DNA of 59,668 nt from Pseudomonadota bacterium (GTDB lineage: Bacteria > Myxococcota_A > UBA9042). Positions 1-11,438 of the stretch are shown piece by piece. The position numbers and the translations under genes are program-made. Position 1 is the stretch's first letter; the number at the start of each line of letters is the position of its first letter. The stretch lies in assembly GCA_041163625.1 (NCBI GenBank), contig JBEARB010000120.1, positions 1 through 59,668 on the forward strand, read 5' to 3'. The notes beneath the pieces are model-generated. The model saw only the letters and a list, made by a program, of their open reading frames with translations. It did no database searches and had not been told where the DNA came from.

Positions 1-1675
1 TGCTCCAGCCCATCACCGCCATCCGCTTCGGATCGGCGATGCCTTGCGCGATCAGGTGATCGACGCCACTGCGGATATCCGCGACGTCGCGGTCGTTCTT
101 GTGGCCGATGAGCTCGGTGAGGAAGGCGTCGCCGTAGCCGGTCGAGCCGCGGTAGTTCGGCGAGAGCAGCGCCCAGCCGCGCGCGGCGAGCAACGTACGA
201 CCGTAAATCCAGTAGCGCAGTTCGAGCTTGGTGGCCGAGGTCGGGCCGCCGTGCAGCTCCACGACCAGCGGCAGCGGTCCCTGGGACTTGTCGTAGCCGG
301 GCGGCAGCTCGAGGATGCCCTCGACCTCGCGCCCGTCCTTGCTCTTCCAACGCACGGCCGAGATCTGCGGCAGCTTCCAGCCGTCGACTTGCGGATTCTG
401 CCGCGTGATGCGGCGCGCGGTCTTGCCGCCCTTGGCCGGCATCAGGAAGACGTCGGGCGTGTGGTCGACGTCGCTCTGCACCACGGCGAGGCTCTTGCCG
501 TCCCGCGAGAAGGCGAACGCCGAGACGCTGCCGCTGGCCGTATCGGTCAGACGCGAAGTGGCGCCGACCTTGCCGCCGCGTACCGCCGCCACGCAGAACA
601 CCGCGTCACGCGCCCGATGGGTGCCGCGCGTACAGACATCGCGGCTGCCCGGTCGGACCAGCACCGGACCCTCGACCGTGAATTCCTGATGACGCGCCAG
701 GCGATGGGTGTGCAGGACCTTGGTGCCGTCGAGCTCGACCGCGATGGTCTCGGCGGGGTAGCCGTCGAATCCGACGGTGAAGGCGAGCAGACCGCTGTCG
801 GCGCTGAAGGTCGGGTTCTCGAGCCAGCCGAAGGGCGAGGGAGCCTGCTTGCGCCAGACATCGTCCGGCAGCGTCGTCAGCTGCGGCTTGGCCGGATCGT
901 GGGTCGCCGTCAGGTCGAGCAACTCGACCTTGGACCAGCCTTCGTTGTCGATCAGTCGACGCGAGGGGACGGTGATCATCGCCACCCGGGTCGCGTCCGG
1001 CGAGACGCTGAACGCGCGCACGAACGCGGGCAGATCGGCGACCTTGACCAACCGCCAGGTCTCCAGGTCCAGGCGCCAGAGGGTGGTCCATTTGCGCACA
1101 CCCCGCCCGTACTCGAGCTTGTGTTTCTTCCGCAGACCGTCGAAGCCGTCGGGATCTTGGTGGTCGCGGCCGGTCGTGTAGTAGAGCGCGCGACCATCGG
1201 CGGCGAGCTCCCAGCCCTCGACCCCCTCTGGTGAGCGCGTCAGCACTTGCTTGCCGCTGCCGTCCGGGCGCATCCGCCACACCTGCTTGCGCCCCTTGGA
1301 CAGCGCCGGCGAGCCGCTGCCCTTGCGCGTGCTGCTCCACACGATCCACTGCGAATCGGCCGAAAACGTGGGATCGGCGTCGAGCGCGGCGTCGAAGGTC
1401 AAGCGGGTCGCGGCACCGCCGCGGCTGTCGGCGGTCCAGAGATCCGCGTTGCGCGTGGGCAGCTCGTCCTCCCAGCGCAGCTCGCTCCACACCACGCGCC
1501 GGCTGTCAGGCGAGACCGCCACCTGCCAGACGTGCGCGAGCGTGAAGTAGTCGTCGACGGTGATGTCGTGCGTCCGCGTCGGCGCGGCGGCGGCCACGGC
1601 GGGGGCGACCGCGATACACGCGGAGAGCGCCAGCCAGCCGACCAGGCGGCCCAGTTTCGAGGTGGTCGTCGTCAT
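1..1675 (-). CDS. S9 family serine peptidase (prolyl oligopeptidase / dipeptidyl aminopeptidase-like), partial; the C-terminus lies beyond the window start
   Basis: The minus-strand reading frame is open to position 1. The N-terminus reads MTTTTSKLGRLVGWLALSACIAVAPAVAAAAP (signal peptide). It is followed by beta-propeller-like repeats, then a GGPxS-type oxyanion region (LHGGP) and the NYRGSTGYG motif typical of S9 alpha/beta-hydrolase peptidases. The ATG at 1675-1673 overlaps the upstream stop in an ATGA arrangement. This gene is not in the ORF track because it has no in-window stop. Confidence 0.8.
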   Translation of the reverse strand, partial: MTTTTSKLGRLVGWLALSACIAVAPAVAAAAPTRTHDITVDDYFTLAHVWQVAVSPDSRRVVWSELRWEDELPTRNADLWTADSRGGAATRLTFDAALDADPTFSADSQWIVWSSTRKGSGSPALSKGRKQVWRMRPDGSGKQVLTRSPEGVEGWELAADGRALYYTTGRDHQDPDGFDGLRKKHKLEYGRGVRKWTTLWRLDLETWRLVKVADLPAFVRAFSVSPDATRVAMITVPSRRLIDNEGWSKVELLDLTATHDPAKPQLTTLPDDVWRKQAPSPFGWLENPTFSADSGLLAFTVGFDGYPAETIAVELDGTKVLHTHRLARHQEFTVEGPVLVRPGSRDVCTRGTHRARDAVFCVAAVRGGKVGATSRLTDTASGSVSAFAFSRDGKSLAVVQSDVDHTPDVFLMPAKGGKTARRITRQNPQVDGWKLPQISAVRWKSKDGREVEGILELPPGYDKSQGPLPLVVELHGGPTSATKLELRYWIYGRTLLAARGWALLSPNYRGSTGYGDAFLTELIGHKNDRDVADIRSGVDHLIAQGIADPKRMAVMGWS

Positions 1676-2652
1676 CGAGGCTCCGGTTTGGCTGGGGAAC
1701 AGAGGTCGCGCTCGTAGTCTTCGTCGCGACGGTCGCGGTCGAGCTGCCAGCCGCTCGGATCGACGGCGTGCAACGTCGCGAGGTCGACATCGGCCAAGAC
1801 CAGCCCAGCGAGTTCGCGCGAACACGAGACCGGGCCCTCCGGGCCCATCACGTGGCTCTGCCCGAAGAAAGGCTGATTCCAGGGCGCTTCTTCGCCCAGC
1901 CGATTGCTGACGCCGAGGAAGATGCGGTGGCGGACGGCGTCGACCTCGGATTCGCGCCACCACATCCGCTCGCTCTTGGCGCCGAAGGTCACCGCGGGGC
2001 AGAGCACCAGCTCGGCGCCGTTGCGCGCGAGGGCGCGATGCACGCCGTCGAAGTGGCGGTCGTAGCAGATGCTCACGCCGATGCGTCCCTTGGCGGTCGC
2101 GAACACGGGCAGCAGCGGGTGACGCGAGACGTTGCGCTCGGGCCGCCAGATCGGTCCCGGCTCCCCCGGCGCGCGGTAGTAGAACGCCTCGGAGAAGGTC
2201 GCCTGTTCGTTGGTCCCGTCAGGCACGTGCAGCTTGCGGTAGCAGCCGAGCCGGGTGCCGTCGGCGTCGATGACCACCGCGGTATCGTGCCGCTCACCCG
2301 TCCGCGGGCAGCGCTCGTAGATGGGCGCGACGACCACCACGCCGGCGCGCGCCGCGGCGGCGGCGAAAGCCAGCACGCTCGGTCCGTCGTGCGCGTCTTC
2401 GGCCATCTCGCGCCAGAACGCCTGCACGCTGAGCGCGAAATAGGGCCCAGTGCAGAACTCGGAGAGCAGGACGACGTCTGCGCCGGCGCCGGCCGCGGCT
2501 TCGATGAGGGCGACATTGTGGGCCACGTTGGCGTCGCGGATCGCGTCGAGGTGATCGGCCAGCGTCGGCAGCGCCTCGATGCGCTCGGGCATCGCCGCGT
2601 AGGCGTTGCGCGTCTCGGTCATCGCGAGCCGCAGCGGTCGCGCGTCGCTCAT
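1672..2652 (-). CDS. Carbon-nitrogen hydrolase (nitrilase superfamily; N-carbamoyl-D-amino-acid hydrolase / beta-ureidopropionase-like)
   Basis: This is the in-frame C-terminal part of ORF 1672..2919. It starts MSDARPLRLAMTETRNAY and carries the nitrilase-superfamily Glu/Lys/Cys triad contexts (LLSEF, YRKLHVP, IGVSICYD). The ATG at 2652 overlaps the upstream stop as ATGA, and the stop overlaps the S9 peptidase start as ATGA. The upstream 90 codons of the track ORF are Arg-rich antisense-type sequence and were trimmed. Confidence 0.8.
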   Translation of the reverse strand: MSDARPLRLAMTETRNAYAAMPERIEALPTLADHLDAIRDANVAHNVALIEAAAGAGADVVLLSEFCTGPYFALSVQAFWREMAEDAHDGPSVLAFAAAAARAGVVVVAPIYERCPRTGERHDTAVVIDADGTRLGCYRKLHVPDGTNEQATFSEAFYYRAPGEPGPIWRPERNVSRHPLLPVFATAKGRIGVSICYDRHFDGVHRALARNGAELVLCPAVTFGAKSERMWWRESEVDAVRHRIFLGVSNRLGEEAPWNQPFFGQSHVMGPEGPVSCSRELAGLVLADVDLATLHAVDPSGWQLDRDRRDEDYERDLCSPAKPEPR

Positions 2653-3884
2653 GCGGCCTCCTCGGCCAGCTCGACGGCGACGTCGGTCAGGACCTGCGCG
2701 CCGAGCACGAGGTGCTCGGCCTCGGTGTGCTCGCGGACGTTGTGCGACAGCCCCGCCACCGACGGCACGAAGATCATCCCCGCCGGCGAGACCCGGCCGA
2801 GGATCTGTGCGTCGTGGCCGGCGCCCGAGACCATGCGCCGCACGCGTCGACCGGTGCCGGCGCAGTGGCCCGCGATGCGCTCGACGACGCCGGCGTCGAA
2901 GCGGAAGGGATCGAACCACGCCATCGACTCACGCTCGACCCGCACGCCCTCGGCCTCGGCGATGCGCCGGATCTCGGCGTCGAGCTCGTCGCGCGCGGCC
3001 ACGAGCGCGTCGCGGTCGACGTTGCGCAGGTCGATGGTCATCTCCGCGCGTCGCGGCACCACGTTGACGAGCTCCGGCTCGAGCCGCAGCACACCGACTG
3101 TCGCCACCATCTCGCCGGGATAGCGCGCCGGTAGCTCGCGCACCAAGGCACCGACCCGCATCGCGACGTAGCCGGCGTCGCGGCGCATCGCCATCGGCGT
3201 CGTGCCGGCGTGGTTGCTGGTGCCGTGGAAGGTGTAGCGCTGCCAGCAGATGCCCTGTACCGCCTCGACCACGCCGAGATCGAAGCCCTCGCGGTCGAGG
3301 ACCGGACCTTGCTCGATGTGGAGCTCCAGGAAGGCATACGGTCGCGGACCGGGCACCGCGGCGTCACCGAAGCAGCCGCTGGCTGCGCCGGCGTCGCCGA
3401 CTCGGACGCCCTCGGCGTCGCGCGAATCCATCGCCGCGGCGAGGTCGAGATCGCCGACGTAGACCAAGCTGCCCATCATGTCCGGGGCGAAGCGGGCGCC
3501 TTCCTCGTTCGCGAAGGCGCCGACCTCGATCGCGCGCAGCGGCCGCAGCCCCGCGTCGCGCAGCGCGGCGACGACCTCGAGGCCGGCGAGCACGCCGAGG
3601 TTGCCGTCGTAACGACCGCCGGTGCGCACCGTGTCGATATGGCTCCCCATCATCACCGCGGGCAGGGTCGGGTCCCGGCCCTCGAAGCGGCCGATGACGT
3701 TGCCGATGGCGTCGATGCGAACGTCCATCTCGAGCATTCGCATCCGGGAGGCGAGCCAGCGGCGACCGGTCGCGTCCTCCTCGGAGTACGCGAGCCGGCA
3801 GCAGCCGCCACCGTCGATGGCGCCCATTTGAGCCAGCATGTCGAGGCTGCCGAGCAAGCGCTCGGCGTCGATGGCGACGCGCAA
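2649..3884 (-). CDS. M20/M25/M40 family amidohydrolase (N-carbamoyl-L-amino-acid hydrolase / allantoate amidohydrolase-type)
   Basis: The 411-aa ORF starts (TTG)RVAIDAERLLGSLDMLAQMGAI with GGGAGG 5 nt upstream. It has the metal-binding HIDTV and ELHIEQG motifs and the dimerisation-domain layout typical of HyuC/AmaB/AllC enzymes. The HNVREHTE segment near the C-terminus fits the family. Confidence 0.8.
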   Translation of the reverse strand: MRVAIDAERLLGSLDMLAQMGAIDGGGCCRLAYSEEDATGRRWLASRMRMLEMDVRIDAIGNVIGRFEGRDPTLPAVMMGSHIDTVRTGGRYDGNLGVLAGLEVVAALRDAGLRPLRAIEVGAFANEEGARFAPDMMGSLVYVGDLDLAAAMDSRDAEGVRVGDAGAASGCFGDAAVPGPRPYAFLELHIEQGPVLDREGFDLGVVEAVQGICWQRYTFHGTSNHAGTTPMAMRRDAGYVAMRVGALVRELPARYPGEMVATVGVLRLEPELVNVVPRRAEMTIDLRNVDRDALVAARDELDAEIRRIAEAEGVRVERESMAWFDPFRFDAGVVERIAGHCAGTGRRVRRMVSGAGHDAQILGRVSPAGMIFVPSVAGLSHNVREHTEAEHLVLGAQVLTDVAVELAEEAA

Positions 3885-4132
3885 CGCGACCTCCCGAAGC
3901 GGCGGCGCGAGGTTCTTGCGGCGCCGACAGCGCAGCAGGATGCCGCGTCCGCTCGCTCGCGCAAGTTGCGGCCGCGTGCACCCAAGCGACTCAGTCGTCG
4001 AACGTCAGGCGAAATGCCGCGAGCGCGCCTTCGAACGCCTGCACCGTCAGGACGCCCGCCACGAAATCGATGATGTGCTCCGAACTCGTTGCGGATCAGG
4101 GCATCGGAAGAAATGGACCTCGGCGTCCGGAC

Positions 4133-6730
<2,598 letters not shown>

Positions 6731-6735
6731 CGTCC

Positions 6736-7878
6736 CTACGCCTCCTCGGCCGCTACCGATCGCGCGGCCGAGACGCCCGGCTCGAACTCGAGCAGGCGGG
6801 TCAGCACATCGATCGCGCGGTCCAGCGCGTCATCGTCCACGTCCAGGTGCAGCACAGCCCGGAAGGCCGGCCCGTCCCCACGAATCCACACCCCGCGCGC
6901 CTCGGCGCGCTCGACCAAGCCCGGCTCGCCGCGCAGCATCGCGCGCCAGATCGGATGCTCGGCGCGCAGCCGAAATCGCACGATGTTGGTGTCGGGCGCG
7001 ATCACCTTCACGTAGGGCAGTTCGGCCAGCGCGGACGCCAGCAACTCCGCCCGCCGGTGGTCCTCGGCCAACCGCTCGACGTGGTGGTCCAGCGCGTACA
7101 CGCCGGCCGCCGCGAGCACGCCCGCCTGCCGCATCATCCCGCCGAGCATGCGCCGCATCCGCCGGGCGCGGGCGATGAGCGCGCGAGGACCGACCAAGAG
7201 CGAACCGACCGGAGCGCCGAGCCCTTTGCTGAGGCAGACCGAGACGGTGGTGAACGGTGCCGCGAGCTCCCCGAGCGAGCGGCCCGAGGCCACCGAAGCG
7301 TTCCACAGGCGTGCGCCGTCGAGGTGCAAGGCGATGCCCTTCCGGCGGCACAGCGCGGCGACCGCGTCGATGTGCAACTGCGGCACGATGCGACCGCCGG
7401 CAGCGTTGTGCGGGTTCTCGAAGCAGACCAAGCGCGTCTGTGGCGTGTAGCCGTCCTCTTGCACGCAGAGCGCACGGGCGACGTCCTCGACGTCGAGTGC
7501 GCCGTCCTCGGACGGCAGCGCGACCAAGGTCACGCCCGAGAGCGCCGGCGCGGCGCCGGCCTCGTGGTGCACGATATGACAGTCGGCGTGGCAGATGACC
7601 GCGTCTCCGGGCTGGGTGTGCAGGCGCAACGCGATCTGGTTCGCCATCGTGCCGGAGGGCACGAAGATCGCCGCTTCCTTCTGCAACAGGCTGGCCACGC
7701 GGGCCTCGAGGGCGAGCACCGTCGGGTCGTCGCGGAAGCCGTCGTCGCCGACCTCGGCCTGCGCGATGGCTGCCCGCATCGCAGGGGTCGGGCGGCTCAC
7801 GGTATCGCTGCGAAGATCGACCACCGGAGCGCTCGGGCGAGCCTCCGACGGCGGGTCCTGCTGCTCGGTCGTCGCCAT
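6736..7878 (-). CDS. ltaE: Low-specificity L-threonine aldolase (PLP-dependent)
   Basis: The 380-aa protein contains DLRSDTVSRPTPAMRAAIAQAEVGDDGFRDDPTV, FVPSGTMANQIAL and the LSKGLGAPVGS PLP-lysine region, matching the threonine aldolase family. GGAGG lies 6 nt upstream of the ATG. Confidence 0.8.
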   Translation of the reverse strand: MATTEQQDPPSEARPSAPVVDLRSDTVSRPTPAMRAAIAQAEVGDDGFRDDPTVLALEARVASLLQKEAAIFVPSGTMANQIALRLHTQPGDAVICHADCHIVHHEAGAAPALSGVTLVALPSEDGALDVEDVARALCVQEDGYTPQTRLVCFENPHNAAGGRIVPQLHIDAVAALCRRKGIALHLDGARLWNASVASGRSLGELAAPFTTVSVCLSKGLGAPVGSLLVGPRALIARARRMRRMLGGMMRQAGVLAAAGVYALDHHVERLAEDHRRAELLASALAELPYVKVIAPDTNIVRFRLRAEHPIWRAMLRGEPGLVERAEARGVWIRGDGPAFRAVLHLDVDDDALDRAIDVLTRLLEFEPGVSAARSVAAEEA

Positions 7879-8107
7879 CGTGCGCCTCCGCGCGGCCCGA
7901 TCGTCGCGCCAGATTCACGGGTCTCGGGGCGTCACGCGGCCGCTCGGCCACCACCGCTGCGCTTGCGCCCCCCACCGTTGCGCCGTCGAGACTAGCGCGA
8001 ACGGCGGGGGCTTTCCAAGCCGCGCCGCTTGATCAAGGATGCACGGAGGAGACCACGTCCACGGGGATGCGGTCATGAAAATGCGCCGCCTTGGGAGAGC
8101 GCCCGGC

Positions 8108-8368
8108 ATGAAAGACACCTCGCAGAACGGTAAGGCCCCCGTCATCCGCGTCAGCAACTCCTTCACCCGGAACGAGATCCGGATGCTCAAGGAGATCATC
8201 GACACGGCGACGACGGCCGATTTCCGCGGCCGCAACCACTTGATGAAATTCATCGAGAACCAGCACTTCTCCCAGCTCTACCGCAAGCTGCACAGCATGC
8301 AAGAGAAGGCCGATCGGCTGCACTCCGAGCGCAACGGCGGCAAGCCCACGCGGCGCGGCGGCGCCTAG
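8108..8368 (+). CDS. Small hypothetical protein (86 aa)
   Basis: This is the in-frame ATG MKDTSQNGKAPVIRVSNSFTRNEIRMLKEIIDTATTADFRGRNHLMKFIENQHFSQLYRKLHSMQEKADRLHSERNGGKP, with GGGAGAG about 8 nt upstream. It has protein-like composition (K, N, F, Y, M, H), unlike the surrounding antisense ORFs. It ends 8 bp before the phosphoesterase gene and is divergent from the ltaE operon. Confidence 0.45.
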   Translation: MKDTSQNGKAPVIRVSNSFTRNEIRMLKEIIDTATTADFRGRNHLMKFIENQHFSQLYRKLHSMQEKADRLHSERNGGKPTRRGGA

Positions 8369-8376
8369 TCGGTTCG

Positions 8377-9657
8377 ATGCGATCGCGGATGCTCGCGCCG
8401 GCGCTCTTCGCCGCGCTGTCTGCATTCGCCTGCACCCGGCCCCCGGCGCCATCGTCGCTCGGAGCCGTGCCCCCGCCGCCGCAGAAGACCGACGTCACCG
8501 GCGTCGCATCACGCGGGGCACCGGCGACGGCAAGGCAAGCAGCGGCGACCGAGGGAACGCCCCTCTCGTTCGTCTTCGTCGGAGACACCGGTACCGCCTC
8601 GAGCGCCGAGCAACGCGTGGCCGACGCGATCGCGGCGAACTGCCGGGCCGCCGGCTGCGACTTCATGCTGCACCTCGGCGACATCATCTACCCGAACGGC
8701 ATCGGCAGCGCCGAAGACCCGCTGCTCGCCAGCCACCTCGAGCAGCCCTACGCCAGCCTCGGCGTGCCGATGTTCCTCACCCTCGGCAACCACGACTACC
8801 GCGGCTCGCCCGACGCCTGGATCGAGGCGTTCGAACCCGCCGCACGCAAGGCGCGCGGTAGCGCGCTCGACGCCCGCATTCCGGCCCGCTACTACACCTT
8901 CCTCTCCGGTGAGGTGCGCTTCGTCGCGCTGGACACCAACCGCCTCGACGCGGCGCAGGGGCGCTGGCTCGACGCGGTGCTGCTGGAAAGTCGGCGCGCG
9001 GGCGAGCGCTGGATCGTGGTCTTCGGTCACCATCCGTGGGTCTCCTACGGATGGCACGGCCACGCCAAGCCGGGCGACGCCGCATTCTACGCCCGTCATC
9101 TGTGCAATCGCGTCGATTTCTTCCTGACCGGCCACGAGCACGACAAGCAAATCCTGGATCCGCACTGCGGGGTGCACTTGGTCGTCTCGGGCGCGGGCTC
9201 GATGCAGCGTCCGGCGCGCCAGGGGCCACGGAGTCGCTTCGCCGTCGACAGTCTCGGCTTCGGCCGCCTCTCGATGCACGGTGATGTCGCCGAGTTGACG
9301 CTGCACGGCGCGGACGGCGCGGTCGAGTACCACCGCCGCATCGAGCGCCGACCGGCTGCGCTGGGACGCGAGGCCGACGGACTGTGCGCGGGACGCACCG
9401 ACGACCCCGACTGCGAGGGGATCGTCTGCGTCGCCGATGACCGCTGCGTCGCAGCGTGCGCCAGCGATCCGGACTGCATGCCGAGCGCGCCGACGCCGTG
9501 CCCGTGCGATGCGCACCCGGCGGTCTGCGAGCGCGTCGACGCCACGCACCTGTGCGGCTGCGACGCGGCGTGCACCGCCGGCGTGCCCGCGTGCGTCTCG
9601 GACGGCTACTGCGATCGCCGCTGCCCACAGGACGTCGACTGCACCGCTGCGCCCTGA
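8377..9657 (+). CDS. Calcineurin-like metallophosphoesterase lipoprotein with a Cys-rich C-terminal extension
   Basis: It has a signal peptide with lipobox (LSAFAC). Metallophosphoesterase motifs are present: GDTG, LHLGDIIYPNG, GNHDY, VVFGHHP, GHEHD. The C-terminal 90 aa carry 14 Cys. Confidence 0.75.
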   Translation: MRSRMLAPALFAALSAFACTRPPAPSSLGAVPPPPQKTDVTGVASRGAPATARQAAATEGTPLSFVFVGDTGTASSAEQRVADAIAANCRAAGCDFMLHLGDIIYPNGIGSAEDPLLASHLEQPYASLGVPMFLTLGNHDYRGSPDAWIEAFEPAARKARGSALDARIPARYYTFLSGEVRFVALDTNRLDAAQGRWLDAVLLESRRAGERWIVVFGHHPWVSYGWHGHAKPGDAAFYARHLCNRVDFFLTGHEHDKQILDPHCGVHLVVSGAGSMQRPARQGPRSRFAVDSLGFGRLSMHGDVAELTLHGADGAVEYHRRIERRPAALGREADGLCAGRTDDPDCEGIVCVADDRCVAACASDPDCMPSAPTPCPCDAHPAVCERVDATHLCGCDAACTAGVPACVSDGYCDRRCPQDVDCTAAP

Positions 9658-9749
9658 TCTGCGGCGGTGGCGCACCCGTCGACACGGTGCTAGCCTCGGA
9701 GCCAAGCCGCGGGCTCGCCCGAGCTCCCTCGCCCTCCCGGGAGGCCGCC

Positions 9750-11417
9750 TTGACCGTCACGCGCCGCCGTGTCTCGACCCGCCGCGCCATCGCGCTCGCG
9801 TTCGTCGTCGCCACGCTGTGGGCCGGCACGAGCTTCGCCGACCGCGCCGCCGACATCCGCCGCTTCAACCAGCGCCCGCGCGCTGCGCTCGCCATGCAGA
9901 TCGCCGAGGGCTACGTCGCCGCAGGCAAGGTCGGCCCGGCAGCGAACTGGTCCGAGCGCGCGCTGGCCCTGCCGGACTCGGACCGCGCGCACGCCCGCGC
10001 GCTGCGCCTACTCGAGCAATCGAAGTGGGCGCTCCGCGATGCCGGCTTCGGCGCCGTGTCCGTCACCGTCTCGCCGGAGCGCGCGCAGTTGCGGATCGAC
10101 GACCAACTCTTCCTGCCGGCACGCGCGCGCTATCGGATCTGGTTGCCGTCCGGCTCGCATCAGCTGCACGTCTCGTTGGCGGGCTTCTCGACCGACGAGC
10201 GGGTGCTGTCGGCGCGCGCGGGCGAAGAGCGGACCTACGCGGTCAAGCTCGCCGATACCCGGCCAGCCACGCTCGAGGTTCGGGTCTACCCGGTCACCGC
10301 CGAGATCTGGATCGACGGCGCCTACGCCGGCCTCTCCACGCAACGCACCTTCAGCGTCAAGGCCGGTCGCCGCCTGTTCGAGGCGCGCGCCGACGGTTAC
10401 ACCAGCTACACCGACGCCCTGGACCTCGAGCCCAATGGCCGGCGCGTCATCGAGGCGCAGCTCGAGCGGGTCGGTGCGGTCCGGCGCGGCCGCCCGGCAG
10501 CCTCCAACGTCGCTCGCGACCTGACACCGCTCGAGCGGGCGAATCGCGGCGAGCGCCATCGCCTGGGTAGCCGTCCGCACGACCGCCTGCGCAGCCGAGA
10601 CCCACGACCGCACGTCAGCGGCAGCGCCGACGACGCCAAGCCACGGGGTCTCGACGACGATCCCGGCGCGCCGCCACCGCCGAGCCCGCGCGGCGGCGAC
10701 GCGGGCCCGGAGCCCGAGCGCCCCGACGCGTCCGACGCGCCGGACCCCGAGCACGACGCGCCGGCGGAAGATCCGGGCGCCGGGATCGACGCGGGCGTGA
10801 GCCAAGACGTCGGCGGTGGCGGCGACGGCGGCGGTGGCCCTGCCAGCAGCATCCTCAAGGGCGTTATCTGGGCGGGCGCCGGCGCGGCGCTCGTCGGAGC
10901 CGGCGTCGGCGTCGCCATCTACGGCGTGACCGCCGCTCAGACCGCCAACGACCTGCGCCTGGGCCACGGCAGCTACACCGACTACTACGACTACGGCGCC
11001 ACGATGACGTACGCGGGCTACGGCGTGGCCGGGCTCGGCGCCGTCGCGACCGGCGTCGGCATGGTCTACCTCTTCGGCAAGGACGGGCTGTCCCGCAACA
11101 CCAAGGGGATGCTGCTGCTCGGCGGCGGCGTGGCCGCTGCGGGCGTCGGGGCATTGCTGATGAACACCGCAGCCAGCGTCGCGACGGATGCGGGCGAGCT
11201 GCCGCTGCGCGATCCCCGCTACGACGCGACCTTCGACGGCGCCGAAGCGAGTTGGCGTGCCGGCATCATCTCCGCCGGCGTCGGCGGTGTCGCCGCGCTC
11301 GCGGGTGCCTACCTGCTGCTGACGCGCAGCTCGGGCGGCACGGTCGCAGGCGATTTCGATCTCCTGCCGACGGTCGGACCGCAGCAACGCGGCGCGGCGT
11401 TCCTCCTGCACTTCTGA
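9750..11417 (+). CDS. PEGA domain-containing secreted/membrane protein with a low-complexity acidic linker and a Gly-rich C-terminal membrane region
   Basis: TTG start with GGGAGG 5 nt upstream (LTVTRRRVSTRRAIALAFVVATLWAGTSFA signal). PEGA-like beta segments are present (VSVTVSPERAQLRIDD, LEVRVYPVTAEIWIDGAY, SVKAGRRLFEARADGY). A Pro/Asp-rich linker follows, then a Gly/Ala-rich hydrophobic C-terminus. The longer track ORF 9456..11417 was trimmed because its upstream part is Arg-rich. Confidence 0.65.
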   Translation: MTVTRRRVSTRRAIALAFVVATLWAGTSFADRAADIRRFNQRPRAALAMQIAEGYVAAGKVGPAANWSERALALPDSDRAHARALRLLEQSKWALRDAGFGAVSVTVSPERAQLRIDDQLFLPARARYRIWLPSGSHQLHVSLAGFSTDERVLSARAGEERTYAVKLADTRPATLEVRVYPVTAEIWIDGAYAGLSTQRTFSVKAGRRLFEARADGYTSYTDALDLEPNGRRVIEAQLERVGAVRRGRPAASNVARDLTPLERANRGERHRLGSRPHDRLRSRDPRPHVSGSADDAKPRGLDDDPGAPPPPSPRGGDAGPEPERPDASDAPDPEHDAPAEDPGAGIDAGVSQDVGGGGDGGGGPASSILKGVIWAGAGAALVGAGVGVAIYGVTAAQTANDLRLGHGSYTDYYDYGATMTYAGYGVAGLGAVATGVGMVYLFGKDGLSRNTKGMLLLGGGVAAAGVGALLMNTAASVATDAGELPLRDPRYDATFDGAEASWRAGIISAGVGGVAALAGAYLLLTRSSGGTVAGDFDLLPTVGPQQRGAAFLLHF

Positions 11418-11438
11418 GCGCCCGGGCGCAGTGCTGCG

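Noticed and set aside
44-1234. 396-aa plus-strand ORF, together with overlapping ORFs at 315..689, 777..1181 and 1247..1717
   Set aside because: It is antisense to the S9 peptidase gene. Its composition is Arg/Ala/Gly/Pro-rich with no motifs. The minus-strand frame carries clear peptidase motifs.
3885-4132. 248-bp gap between the M20 amidohydrolase and the Mo-oxidoreductase; a 23-codon minus-strand GTG ORF ending ...LTVQAFEGALAAFRLTFDD
   Set aside because: It is too short and has no ATG or RBS. It could be a remnant or leader peptide, but the evidence is insufficient, so I treat it as intergenic.
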